Positions 39,967-48,846 of a stretch of 64,000 nucleotides of DNA are shown here, piece by piece. Under the pieces are notes generated by a model. That model did not search any database. It saw only the letters and a list, made by a program, of their open reading frames with translations, and was not told where the DNA came from. The DNA is from an uncultured Gemmatimonadaceae bacterium (GTDB lineage Bacteria; Gemmatimonadota; Gemmatimonadetes; Gemmatimonadales; Gemmatimonadaceae), in assembly GCA_963781585.1 (NCBI GenBank), contig CAWAGQ010000006.1, positions 1-64,000 of the forward strand. Reading direction: 5' to 3'. Numbering within the stretch: the first letter of the stretch is position 1; each line of letters opens with the position of its first letter. A program made the position numbers and the translations under genes.

Positions 39967-40021
39967 CTTAAGGAAGTCTTAATCGTCCTGCAATGGTGTA
40001 ACAACCTGGCGCGCGTATCTT
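39967..40021 (+). promoter_or_regulatory. 11-bp-period CTTAA direct repeats plus TATCTT box (second copy)
   Basis: CTTAA at 39967 and 39978, TGCAA at 39989, then CCTGGCG and CGTATCTT as at 28098-28152. Confidence 0.6.
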
Positions 40022-40097
40022 TGGCCTGCGCCGATGTACCATGTCCGCGGCACTCGTCTCTCGACTGGCGCGCGTGCGTGTTTTCTCGGAGGATGAC

Positions 40098-40961
40098 ATG
40101 AAGACGCCGCGACGGATGTCACAGTGCGCCCGGCTGCTGCAAACGTGCAGCGTGATGTTGCTGGCAGGCGCCGCCGCGGCGCAGACCAGCGGGAACCGTA
40201 TCGTCAGCGGCATGACCGCTGACAGCACAGGACGCGTCGTGCCGTACGTTACAATCTGGTTCGGCGGAACAGCGCGCACAGTGAGTGACGATTCGGGACG
40301 GTTCCGCGTGGAGCTGCCGCGGGAGGCGGGAGTCACCGTGCAGTTGCGGCGGCTGGGTTTCGCCCCGACCGATGTTCGACTCGAACCCGGCGGCGACACC
40401 GCAGTGGCGATCACACTGGTACCGGTGCCGGCAAAACTGGCGGCGCTGCGCGTGCAGGCGGAACAGCAGGTGCGCAGCCTGCAGCTGCACGGGTTCTACG
40501 AGCGAATGGCCGAACAGGAGAAGTGGGGCGGGTCGGGGCAGTTCGTCACGCCGGAGGAGATCGAATTCCGCAAGTCGCCGCGAACCACCCAGTTGCTGGA
40601 CGGCCGGCACGGTGTGGCGCTCAAGGGCGTGGGAAGCTGCAACGTCCAGGTGCAGTGTTTCGTCCCGTTAGGCACGAACAACTGCATCATGCAGATATAC
40701 CTCAATGGGCAACGCCTGGTGCCGACTGGAGGCGCGGGCGCCACCGCCACGGGCGGTATGGTGGCGACGGCGTTCAGGGCCCTGTCGGGCCAGGCGGCCG
40801 TAGTGGGTGGTCTGGGTCCGAACAACGTCGTCTTCCTCGACGATTTCGTGCACCCCTCGGAGCTCGCCGGCATCGAGATCTATCAACGGGCGATGCAGGC
40901 ACCGCCGCAATACCAGATGCTCAATGGCAATTGCGGTGTGATTTTGGTGTGGACCAAATGA
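40098..40961 (+). CDS. Carboxypeptidase-regulatory-like plus plug-like protein; close paralog of 9795..10616
   Basis: GGAGGA RBS; HGFYERMA..KWGGSGQFVTPEEIE and QAPPQYQMLNG.CGVIL.WTK are shared with 9795. Confidence 0.88.
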   Translation: MKTPRRMSQCARLLQTCSVMLLAGAAAAQTSGNRIVSGMTADSTGRVVPYVTIWFGGTARTVSDDSGRFRVELPREAGVTVQLRRLGFAPTDVRLEPGGDTAVAITLVPVPAKLAALRVQAEQQVRSLQLHGFYERMAEQEKWGGSGQFVTPEEIEFRKSPRTTQLLDGRHGVALKGVGSCNVQVQCFVPLGTNNCIMQIYLNGQRLVPTGGAGATATGGMVATAFRALSGQAAVVGGLGPNNVVFLDDFVHPSELAGIEIYQRAMQAPPQYQMLNGNCGVILVWTK

Positions 40962-41029
40962 GAGTCGCGTTGCCGCTCATCGTCCGAGGACTGGGCGGGG
41001 CGGAGTAGTGTCCTTGTCGGGGCGCTCGC

Positions 41030-41371
41030 TCATCCTGCGTGCTGCCTTGCCGCCACCGCGAACGCCAGAAAGTACCGCCGCAACCCGTCCGCTGAATCCG
41101 GCGGTACCTCCGGATCAAAGAACAGCCGGCAGAACTCCTCGCGTGCACGCAACACCTCCCGCCGCCGCGGGCCCCGCCATCTCTCGTCACCCGCGGTGAA
41201 ATCGAACAACTCGAGCGCCCGCGCCAGCGCGTGGTCGAATCGACTCTGGTTCCCGGACTCCCACGCGCGGATCGAACGCTCCACCTCGCTCCCCACGTGA
41301 GCCAGCTGTTCCACGATCGACAGCGTGCGCCACCGGGCCACCCGGTCCGCCTGACGAGTCGCCTCCGTCAT
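41030..41371 (-). CDS. Conserved hypothetical helical protein, partner of the DUF5674-like gene
   Basis: EQLAHVGSEVER...ALELFD...EVLRARE; ATGA overlap. Confidence 0.7.
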   Translation of the reverse strand: MTEATRQADRVARWRTLSIVEQLAHVGSEVERSIRAWESGNQSRFDHALARALELFDFTAGDERWRGPRRREVLRAREEFCRLFFDPEVPPDSADGLRRYFLAFAVAARQHAG

Positions 41372-41727
41372 GCGTCGCTCACGAGACGCGACAGGGTGCT
41401 CCGGACACGCTCGCGCAGCGCGGCGTCCTGAACGTCCCGACTCCGGTTCCCATCCGCCGGCCGCACGTTGATCATCGAGTCGAACTCGATCCACCCCTCG
41501 CCGTGCTCGGCCGGATAGAGGTTGATGCCCCAGAGGGAGGGCTGCCGCGATCCGTCATCCAGCAGCGCCGCTTCCTCGTCCGAGGCCAGCTCGCCTCCGA
41601 CCGCCATGACGTCCCTGTCGACATCGACCACCGCCTTCACCATATCCCCGAATTGTCGCTCCGCCATGGCACGGAGCTCCGCACGCGTGAGCGGACTGCG
41701 GACGAGGACGATGTCGCGACGTTCCAT
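41368..41727 (-). CDS. DUF5674-like protein
   Basis: MVKAVVDV, LWGINLYP and EFDSMINVRP..NRSR motifs. Confidence 0.75.
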   Translation of the reverse strand: MERRDIVLVRSPLTRAELRAMAERQFGDMVKAVVDVDRDVMAVGGELASDEEAALLDDGSRQPSLWGINLYPAEHGEGWIEFDSMINVRPADGNRSRDVQDAALRERVRSTLSRLVSDA

Positions 41728-42015
41728 GAGGCAGGGCTACTGTCGTTATTCCACGGACCGGGGTGCGCAAACTTGCCTCCGTCCCTGGTGCCGCTCAAGT
41801 GCACAGCCCAGCACATCGAGCCTCGAGAACCGCGGCATCATCAGGTCAGGCAAGCAGGTCGGCGCCGCGGTGCCTGTCGTCGAACGCCGCCGCAACACGG
41901 GCGCTTCGGTGGCCAGTCGCTCCGGTGAGACCCCCACCGTGGCGGCCTCGCCCGCCGGTCCCGTAGCTTAAACGGCACACAAGGCGCTCGGCTCTCCCCC
42001 AAACTTCGCACGCGA

Positions 42016-43734
42016 TTGGCACGATCCCAACCATCCGCCGCTCGCATCTCGCGTCTCGCGCTCACCGCCGCGCTCGCCGCTGCCCTCGCCTGTGCATCCG
42101 GTGCTCCACCGAACACGGGCACCGGTGCTGCCACCGTCCCGCCTCCACACAGCCAGGCCGAGCGCACCAACTACCGCGAGACCTCCACCCACGCCCAGGT
42201 CGTCGCCTTCATCGATTCGCTCAAGCTCCTCGGCCGTCCCATCGCGACCGGCAGCATCGGCACCACGTCGGAAGGACGCTCGCTCCCGTACGTCGTTGTC
42301 TCGCGCCCGCTCTTCGCCACCCCGGATGCCGCGCGCCGCTCAGGACGCCCCATCGTCTACGTCCAGGGCAACATTCACGCGGGCGAAGTCGAGGGAAAGG
42401 AAGCGCTCCTCGCGCTGGTGAGGGACCTCCTCCTCGATCCGCATCCCAACGTCCTCGACTCGATCGTCCTCATCGCCCAGCCCATCTACAACGCCGACGG
42501 CAACGACCATTTCGGTCCCCAGGCCCGCAACCGCGGCTCACAGAACGGCCCCGAGCTGGTCGGCACCCGCGCTAACGCCCAGGGCTACAACCTGAATCGC
42601 GATTACATGAAGCTCGACGCGCCCGAGTCGCGTGGCGCGCTCGCGATGTTCAACGCCTGGGACCCGCACGTCTTTGTCGACCTGCACACCACCGACGGCA
42701 GCTACCACGGCTACAACCTCACCTACGCGCCGTCGCTCAGCCCGGCCGCCGAGCTTCCAGGCTTCACCAATGGCGGCCTCTGGGCACATGACTCGCTGCT
42801 GCCTGAGCTCCGCCGCCGCCTCAACGCGCGCGACCACGTCGCCACCTTCGACTACGGCGACTTCCGCGGCGGCAACGATTCCGCCAGCGTCGCCCGCGGC
42901 TGGTATACGTTCGAGCACCTCCCGCGCTACGGCACCAACTACTACGGGCTCCGCGGACGCATCGGCATCCTGAGCGAAGCGTTCTCGCACGATCTGTTCG
43001 AGACGCGCGTGCACGCCACCTACGCGTTCGTGAAAGAGCTGCTCTCGCTGGTAGCCGAGCGTGGCGCGACCATCGCTGCCATGGCGCGACAGTCCGATGC
43101 CGCACTTCGTGCCGGGCGCAACATCCCGCCGATTCCGGTGCGCGCCAGGATGACCACGAATCGGAGCGACGACGTGGTGTATGAGGACCTCGAGCCTTCC
43201 ACCGATACGACCAACCGCGAGATCGGCGTCCGGCGCGGGATGCGCCGCACCGGCCGCTATCACACGCTTCGCATCCCCATCTACGACCGCTTCACGCCGA
43301 CCGTCACCCGACCCGCGCCATGGGGATACGCGCTCGCGCCCGGTGACACGTCGGCCGTGAATCTCCTCCGCCTGCACGGGATCGCCGTCGAGCGGATCGG
43401 TCGCCAATGGTCCGGCGACGCCGGCCCCCAGTTCCGCGTCGATTCCACCATCACCGACGCGCGCCCGTTCGAGCCCCAGGCCGCGATTCCGCGCCTGGAG
43501 GTCCGGCTCGTGGGCCGATGGGAATCAGGACAGACGGTCACGCTCGCTCCCGGCACCTGGATCGTCCGCGTGGCCCAGCCGCTTGGCGTGCTCGCGATGT
43601 ACCTGCTGGAGCCGGAGAGCGACGACGGGATCGTCGCCTGGGACATCGGCGGGCGCTCGAAGGGCGGCCCCGGGACCGCGCCGGTGGTTCGACTGGAGCA
43701 CCCGTTCCGGTCCGGTAGGGCGCCGGCGCCATGA
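42016..43734 (+). CDS. M14-family zinc carboxypeptidase, lipoprotein
   Basis: ALAC lipobox; IHAGEVEG, NADG, NLNRD and DLHTT motifs. Confidence 0.9.
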   Translation: MARSQPSAARISRLALTAALAAALACASGAPPNTGTGAATVPPPHSQAERTNYRETSTHAQVVAFIDSLKLLGRPIATGSIGTTSEGRSLPYVVVSRPLFATPDAARRSGRPIVYVQGNIHAGEVEGKEALLALVRDLLLDPHPNVLDSIVLIAQPIYNADGNDHFGPQARNRGSQNGPELVGTRANAQGYNLNRDYMKLDAPESRGALAMFNAWDPHVFVDLHTTDGSYHGYNLTYAPSLSPAAELPGFTNGGLWAHDSLLPELRRRLNARDHVATFDYGDFRGGNDSASVARGWYTFEHLPRYGTNYYGLRGRIGILSEAFSHDLFETRVHATYAFVKELLSLVAERGATIAAMARQSDAALRAGRNIPPIPVRARMTTNRSDDVVYEDLEPSTDTTNREIGVRRGMRRTGRYHTLRIPIYDRFTPTVTRPAPWGYALAPGDTSAVNLLRLHGIAVERIGRQWSGDAGPQFRVDSTITDARPFEPQAAIPRLEVRLVGRWESGQTVTLAPGTWIVRVAQPLGVLAMYLLEPESDDGIVAWDIGGRSKGGPGTAPVVRLEHPFRSGRAPAP

Positions 43735-43824
43735 AGCGCCGACACCTGTGCAACGGGTCGCGCGCGCGGCGCTCTGCCTAACGCGCGGCTGTCCCGGTGC
43801 GCCCCCGGTCGTTCGTCCCGATGG

Positions 43825-45114
43825 CTACTCCGGACGACGCGGCTTGGCGGTCCGCCCCGAGCCTGATCCCGAACCGCTCGACGCGCTGCCGCCGGACTGC
43901 GATGCCGATCCTCCCGACGACCCCGACTGCGAGGACCCGGACGCCGTGGATCCGCGAGGGGCAGTGTAGCCGCGCCCTTTCACCACGCGCCCGTGACGGT
44001 CCTGCTCGGAGCTGTTGTCAACTGGAGGCTGCTTGACCACAACCACTACCGGCTGGTTTCCGTAATACCAGCCGCCGTAGCCGTACCGGTACCCATAGCC
44101 GCAGCCGGCCCCATACGGCGCGTAGCCGTACGGTGAGTAGCCGTACGGCGAAAAGCCGAACACCGAGAAGCCGAACGGATCGTAGCCGAACGGCTCATAG
44201 CAGTCGAAACGGGAGCCCGCGAATGAATTCCCGGCGTAGCCGCGTGTCGTCCGACCGGTTCCCGCACTGGCGGTCGGGTTGCCCACGACGCTCAGTTCCC
44301 CCGCCTGTGAGCGGTCCAGCGCGAACACCTTTGGGTACGAGAGCGCGACCATCACGTCAATCACGCTCGACGGCACCCCAGCCTGCTGCAAGCCGAGGAG
44401 CTGCTTCGCGTCGAGCGCGAACCCCTCACCACGTTCCGCGAGCCAGGTCTCGATCACGCCTGCGTCGAGGAAGCGCGATGCCTCCTCGACGTCGTGAGTG
44501 GTCAGCGGCGCGGCGGCCGCAATCCTGGCCGCATTCACCGCCAGGGAACGACCCTGCAACGCCGTTGCGATCTCCGCTGGGAGAGGGCCGTCGGCAGTCG
44601 CTGCTCGGTAGCGTGCCACGCGCACGCCGGTCCCGGTCCCCACGCTCACACCTTCGACGTCGATCCACTCACCGGACTGCGATATCGCCATCACGCCGTT
44701 CGATTGACGCGTCAGGCCGCCGGTGCAGGTGTAGTTCGATCGCAGGTACACCCGCTCTCCGCCGGACGACCACTGTGCCCGGTCAAAACCGGTGCACCCG
44801 TCTCTGGAGACCTGGCGTTCGGCGCCGGTGGCCTCGACCAGCTGCCGGGTCGCGATGCTGTCACCCACCACCGTGACGATCTCGACCGACGACGGGCCCG
44901 GGGCCGGAATCACGCAGACCCGCGGTGCTCCCATCGCGGCACCCGTCGCTGCCGACGCGGTTGCCACCGCTTCCCAGCAGCCAAGCCACGGCTGCCATCG
45001 CGGATCGCTGCTGGACTGCGCCAGCGCCGGCGTGGCGTACTGAAGAAACATCACGCCGCCCACCAATGCGGTCACGGTCGTGAACCGCCGGGTGTTGCTC
45101 GCGAGACTGGTCAT
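43825..45114 (-). CDS. Secreted hypothetical protein with Tyr/Gly/Pro pentapeptide repeats and Ser/Gly tail
   Basis: Signal peptide (ALA-Q); YEPFGYDPFGFSVFGFSPYGYSPYGYAPYG. Confidence 0.75.
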   Translation of the reverse strand: MTSLASNTRRFTTVTALVGGVMFLQYATPALAQSSSDPRWQPWLGCWEAVATASAATGAAMGAPRVCVIPAPGPSSVEIVTVVGDSIATRQLVEATGAERQVSRDGCTGFDRAQWSSGGERVYLRSNYTCTGGLTRQSNGVMAISQSGEWIDVEGVSVGTGTGVRVARYRAATADGPLPAEIATALQGRSLAVNAARIAAAAPLTTHDVEEASRFLDAGVIETWLAERGEGFALDAKQLLGLQQAGVPSSVIDVMVALSYPKVFALDRSQAGELSVVGNPTASAGTGRTTRGYAGNSFAGSRFDCYEPFGYDPFGFSVFGFSPYGYSPYGYAPYGAGCGYGYRYGYGGWYYGNQPVVVVVKQPPVDNSSEQDRHGRVVKGRGYTAPRGSTASGSSQSGSSGGSASQSGGSASSGSGSGSGRTAKPRRPE

Positions 45115-45127
45115 AATGCCCATCCTG

Positions 45128-45925
45128 TCAGAACCTGACGTAGAGACCGAGAGAACCGTCGTAGCCCGAGAGATCGATCCGATGGAAACCAGTGAAGTCC
45201 CTACCCATGCGCGCTCTCGCATAGGCATAGACGGCCTGGCCGGTGAGTCCGAAACGGGGACCAAGCGAAAGGTCCGCACCGGCGAACCCCTTCGCGGCCG
45301 GTGTCCACCCGGAGGATTCGAACTTGTCGGGGAATACAGCAAGAGTGCTCATGTCGATGAAATCGCCCTGCTGCCGGAACCGGTACCACATGACGCCAGC
45401 GCCCGCGCCCACGAACGGGGCGACTCGGGACGGTATCCACGCAAATCGCCCGACCGATCGGCCGCGATCCACGAGGTACAGCTTCGCGCTCGCCGTTATC
45501 GGAAGGCGCTCCAGCTTCGTGTTCTGCTCGATCGGCAGGTCGTTGTTGTCGACGAAATCCCGAAACTCCGACTGCGCGCTTCGGCCGGCGTACGACGTAC
45601 TGAACACCAGGTCCAGCCGCGGCCGGAGACGGAACGCCAGCTCCGCACCGAATGACGGGCTCCCGAAGGCGCCGTGTCCCAGGGTCAGCTCGTCCGTGAT
45701 GAACGAGAAGATGTCGCTGCCCGCCCGCGCCTGCGCGAACCCGCCGTAAAGGCCGAAACTTCCCACCGGTTCCTTGAACAGGAAGCCGTTTCCGGTTCCC
45801 TGCGCGTTGGTGGGAGCGGCGAGCATGAGAGCGATCGCGATCCCGGCAACATGGCCGACACGCTCGAGCCGAAACCAACGGAAGCGAGCGGCGAACACGC
45901 GGTGTACAGACAGCGTCGGCCTCAT
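45128..45925 (-). CDS. Outer-membrane beta-barrel protein
   Basis: GGAGAGG RBS, signal peptide, PFVGAGAG and terminal LGLYVRF. Confidence 0.8.
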   Translation of the reverse strand: MRPTLSVHRVFAARFRWFRLERVGHVAGIAIALMLAAPTNAQGTGNGFLFKEPVGSFGLYGGFAQARAGSDIFSFITDELTLGHGAFGSPSFGAELAFRLRPRLDLVFSTSYAGRSAQSEFRDFVDNNDLPIEQNTKLERLPITASAKLYLVDRGRSVGRFAWIPSRVAPFVGAGAGVMWYRFRQQGDFIDMSTLAVFPDKFESSGWTPAAKGFAGADLSLGPRFGLTGQAVYAYARARMGRDFTGFHRIDLSGYDGSLGLYVRF

Positions 45926-46170
45926 CGGCCTCTCCAACGTGTGGGTGATCGACTCACCCATTCCTTCCATCTGATAGCATACCACGACGGGGCGGGCATC
46001 GGAAGCGATGGCGTTGCTTGGCACGGGTGCCTGACAGTACCCGCCGCTCCCGAGAGGATCCGCGTTCTCTTCGCTACCGATTTTCGTGAGTGCCACGCTC
46101 GACCCGGCGTGGCGGGCTCCGTAGGTTAACCGCATGGGGGATTGTGCATAACAGGCCTGGAAGACTGCCT

Positions 46171-46298
46171 GGCGGGAGAGACATCTTCGCCGACGAAGCC
46201 AAGGGGGTCACCTCCGTTCTCGAAGGCGCCAGTGGACCGGCGCGTGACCGGTCGCCTGGCGAATGCCGCATTCCGGGCCGGCGGTCCGACCCGGAAGG
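46171..46298 (+). ncRNA. Glycine-riboswitch-like cis-regulatory RNA candidate (variant core)
   Basis: GGAGAG, CGCCGA, GAAGCCAA, a hairpin, TTCTC, AGGCG and GGACCG occur in canonical order. A downstream hairpin overlaps the RBS. Confidence 0.4.
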
Positions 46299-46301
46299 CC
46301 A

Positions 46302-47243
46302 ATGATCCGGCGCGCCCTTCTCGCCCTCTCCACGCATCCGCGGCTCTTCCGCTACGTGCGCGAGAGCAGGCTCGCCCGACGTCTGTCGCTCCGCTTCGTC
46401 GCCGGCGAAACGGTTGACGATGCGGTCGCCGCGGTGCGCACGCTGAACCAGCGCGGCATTGCCGCCTCAATGGACCAGCTCGGCGAGAGTGTCGCGAGCG
46501 TCCAGGCCGCGCGCACCACGGCCGCGCAGTACACCGCACTCCTCGACGGCATCGCCACCGAGCGACTCGCCGCCAACGTCTCCATCAAGCTCACGGCCCT
46601 CGGTCTCGACATCGACGAGGACCTGTGCGTGACAAACGTGCAGCAAATCCTTGGTCGCGCGCGCGAGCTCGGGGCCTTCGTGCGCATCGACATGGAAGGG
46701 TCGGCGTACACCGAGCGCACGATCACGCTCTTTCACGAGTGCTTCTATCCCGCATTCCCCGATAACGTCGGGATGGTGCTCCAGAGCTATCTCTATCGCA
46801 CGGCCGACGACGTCGAGGGCGCGATTGCGCGTGGGTGCCGGGTGCGGCTCTGCAAGGGGGCCTACCGCGAGCCGGCGTCGGTCGCCTACCCGCGCAAGCC
46901 GGACGTGGACGCGAACTACGTGCGCTGCCTGCACCGTCTGCTGCGTGCCGGCAACTATCCGGGCATCGCGACCCACGACGAGCGCATCATCCGGGAGACG
47001 ATCCGCTTGGCGCGCGCCGAAGCCATCGTCCCCGAACGCTTCGAATTCCAGATGCTCTACGGCGTGCGGCGCGATCTGCAGGAGCGTCTGGTGCGCGAAG
47101 GCTGGCGGATGCGCGTGTACGTGCCGTTCGGGAGCTACTGGTATCCCTACCTCATGCGCCGCCTCGCCGAGCGTCCGGCGAATGTGTTCTTCATCGTCGG
47201 CAACCTGGCGCGCGAGCGCATGCAGGGGCGAAAGGGGCCGTGA
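46302..47243 (+). CDS. Monofunctional proline dehydrogenase
   Basis: FVAGET, RIDME, RLCKGAY, IATHD, FQMLYG and YLMRRLAERP motifs. Confidence 0.94.
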   Translation: MIRRALLALSTHPRLFRYVRESRLARRLSLRFVAGETVDDAVAAVRTLNQRGIAASMDQLGESVASVQAARTTAAQYTALLDGIATERLAANVSIKLTALGLDIDEDLCVTNVQQILGRARELGAFVRIDMEGSAYTERTITLFHECFYPAFPDNVGMVLQSYLYRTADDVEGAIARGCRVRLCKGAYREPASVAYPRKPDVDANYVRCLHRLLRAGNYPGIATHDERIIRETIRLARAEAIVPERFEFQMLYGVRRDLQERLVREGWRMRVYVPFGSYWYPYLMRRLAERPANVFFIVGNLARERMQGRKGP

Positions 47244-47378
47244 TCAGGAGAGGATCGCTCAGTGGCAGTCCACTGCCAACCGTAAGGCACTGGCGATTTC
47301 CTGTTTGCTGTTCGCCGTCCTCTGGGTGCCGCCCGCTTTGCTTGTGAGCTGCCATCTGTTCACCGTTCGCTGGTGACC

Positions 47379-47808
47379 ATGCCCGGTCAATTCCTCCCTC
47401 CCGACCACTCGGCTGGCGACCCGAACACCATCGGCGGCTACATGGCCGTCCATGGACGCCCGGCGGCGTTCGAGGGTTCGGACGGGATGTCGTACAGCGT
47501 GGCCATCGAGGCGGCGCGCAACTACGACGAGGGGCGGCCATGGGGTGCATACTTCCTCTTCCTCCGGTGGCGGCGCATCGGCCCGCAGGGGGTCGAGGGC
47601 CACCTCGAGACCGATTTCCTGGCGTTCGGCCAGTCGGCCGACGCGGCATCCGCGTGCGTTAGGCGCGATGCCGCTCAACAGCGTGCGCGAGGAACTGGAG
47701 CGGCTCATCGCCGCGCGACGGCCGTCCTCGGAGCGACGCTGGTGGGACGCCATGCGGGACGAGGGCGACGACGAGGGCGCGCCGGAGCAACCGGACACTC
47801 CGCAATGA
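47379..47808 (+). CDS. Conserved hypothetical protein, frameshift near 47650
   Basis: HGRPAAFEGSDG...GHLETDFL continues as ALGAMPL...RRWWDAM in another frame, ending at the rsgA ATGA overlap. Confidence 0.7.
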
Positions 47809-48761
47809 CGCCTGCAGCCCACGGCGACCCGAAGTCCGCAATCGCCGGAGTGCACGGGCGCGTACTCCGTGGCACCGGAGGTATCTGGCACGTCCGCGGG
47901 GCCGACGGCTCGATCTACGAGGCCGCGCTCAAGGGGGGCGTGAAGCACGCCAGCGTCAGGAAGCTCGCGGTCGGCGACGAGGTCATTCTGCACGCTGACC
48001 GCGCCGGGGGTGTGAGCGCGATTGCCGAGATCCTGCCGCGGCGCTCTCAGCTCGCGCGTCGCACTCCCGGAGGCGGCTATGGCGAACGCGTGGTGGTGGC
48101 GAACGTCGATCAGGTGGTCGTGGTGTTCGCGATGCGGAAGCCGGAGCCGCATCCGCGCATGCTCGATCGCTTCCTCGTGATCGCGGAAGCCAACGACCTG
48201 CCGGCACGTATCGTGATCAACAAGGTGGACCTGGCGGGGCTTGAGGACGCGCAGGAACGCTTCGGCTTCTACTCGACCATCGGCTATCCGGTGCACTACA
48301 CGAGCGCCAAGTCCGGTCATGGGCTTGCTGAACTGCACGAGGCACTGCTCGGGAAGACGTCGGCCCTCACCGGCCCGTCGGGTGTGGGGAAGTCGTCGCT
48401 CCTGAACGCGATGTACCCGGGCCTCAATCTGCGTGTGGGCGAAATCAGCGAATCGGTCAACAAGGGACGACACACCACCGTGGGCGCTTCGATGCATCCG
48501 CTGCCGGACGCGGGATTCGTGGTCGATACCCCCGGCCTGCGGGAGATCGGACTCTGGGGACTCCGGGCGGACGCGCTGGACGAATGCTTCCCCGAGATGC
48601 GTGAGCGCCGCGCCACCTGTCATTTCGCCAACTGTCGTCATCTCACGGAGCCCGGGTGCGCCGTGCGAGGTGCCGTGGAAGCCGGCGCGGTGAGCGCGGA
48701 GCGCTACGCGTCCTACACGACGCTGATAGACGAAGTGCGGGAGACCGAGGGGATGCGGTAG
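47805..48761 (+). CDS. rsgA: Ribosome small subunit-dependent GTPase A
   Basis: NKVD, GPSGVGKS, GRHTT, DTPG and C-terminal CxFxNCxHxxEPGC. Confidence 0.95.
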   Translation: MTPAAHGDPKSAIAGVHGRVLRGTGGIWHVRGADGSIYEAALKGGVKHASVRKLAVGDEVILHADRAGGVSAIAEILPRRSQLARRTPGGGYGERVVVANVDQVVVVFAMRKPEPHPRMLDRFLVIAEANDLPARIVINKVDLAGLEDAQERFGFYSTIGYPVHYTSAKSGHGLAELHEALLGKTSALTGPSGVGKSSLLNAMYPGLNLRVGEISESVNKGRHTTVGASMHPLPDAGFVVDTPGLREIGLWGLRADALDECFPEMRERRATCHFANCRHLTEPGCAVRGAVEAGAVSAERYASYTTLIDEVRETEGMR

Positions 48762-48846
48762 CGAGAGCGTGCGGGATCCTGAGGTGAACGTGGCAATCCG
48801 CTCTCACACCCGGCGCCCCCGGCGCAGGGATCAGCGCTCCACTTTG

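Noticed and set aside
47373..48761. 462-aa N-terminally extended RsgA fusion
   Set aside because: Explained by a frameshift near 47650 in the upstream gene, whose natural end overlaps the rsgA ATG at 47805.
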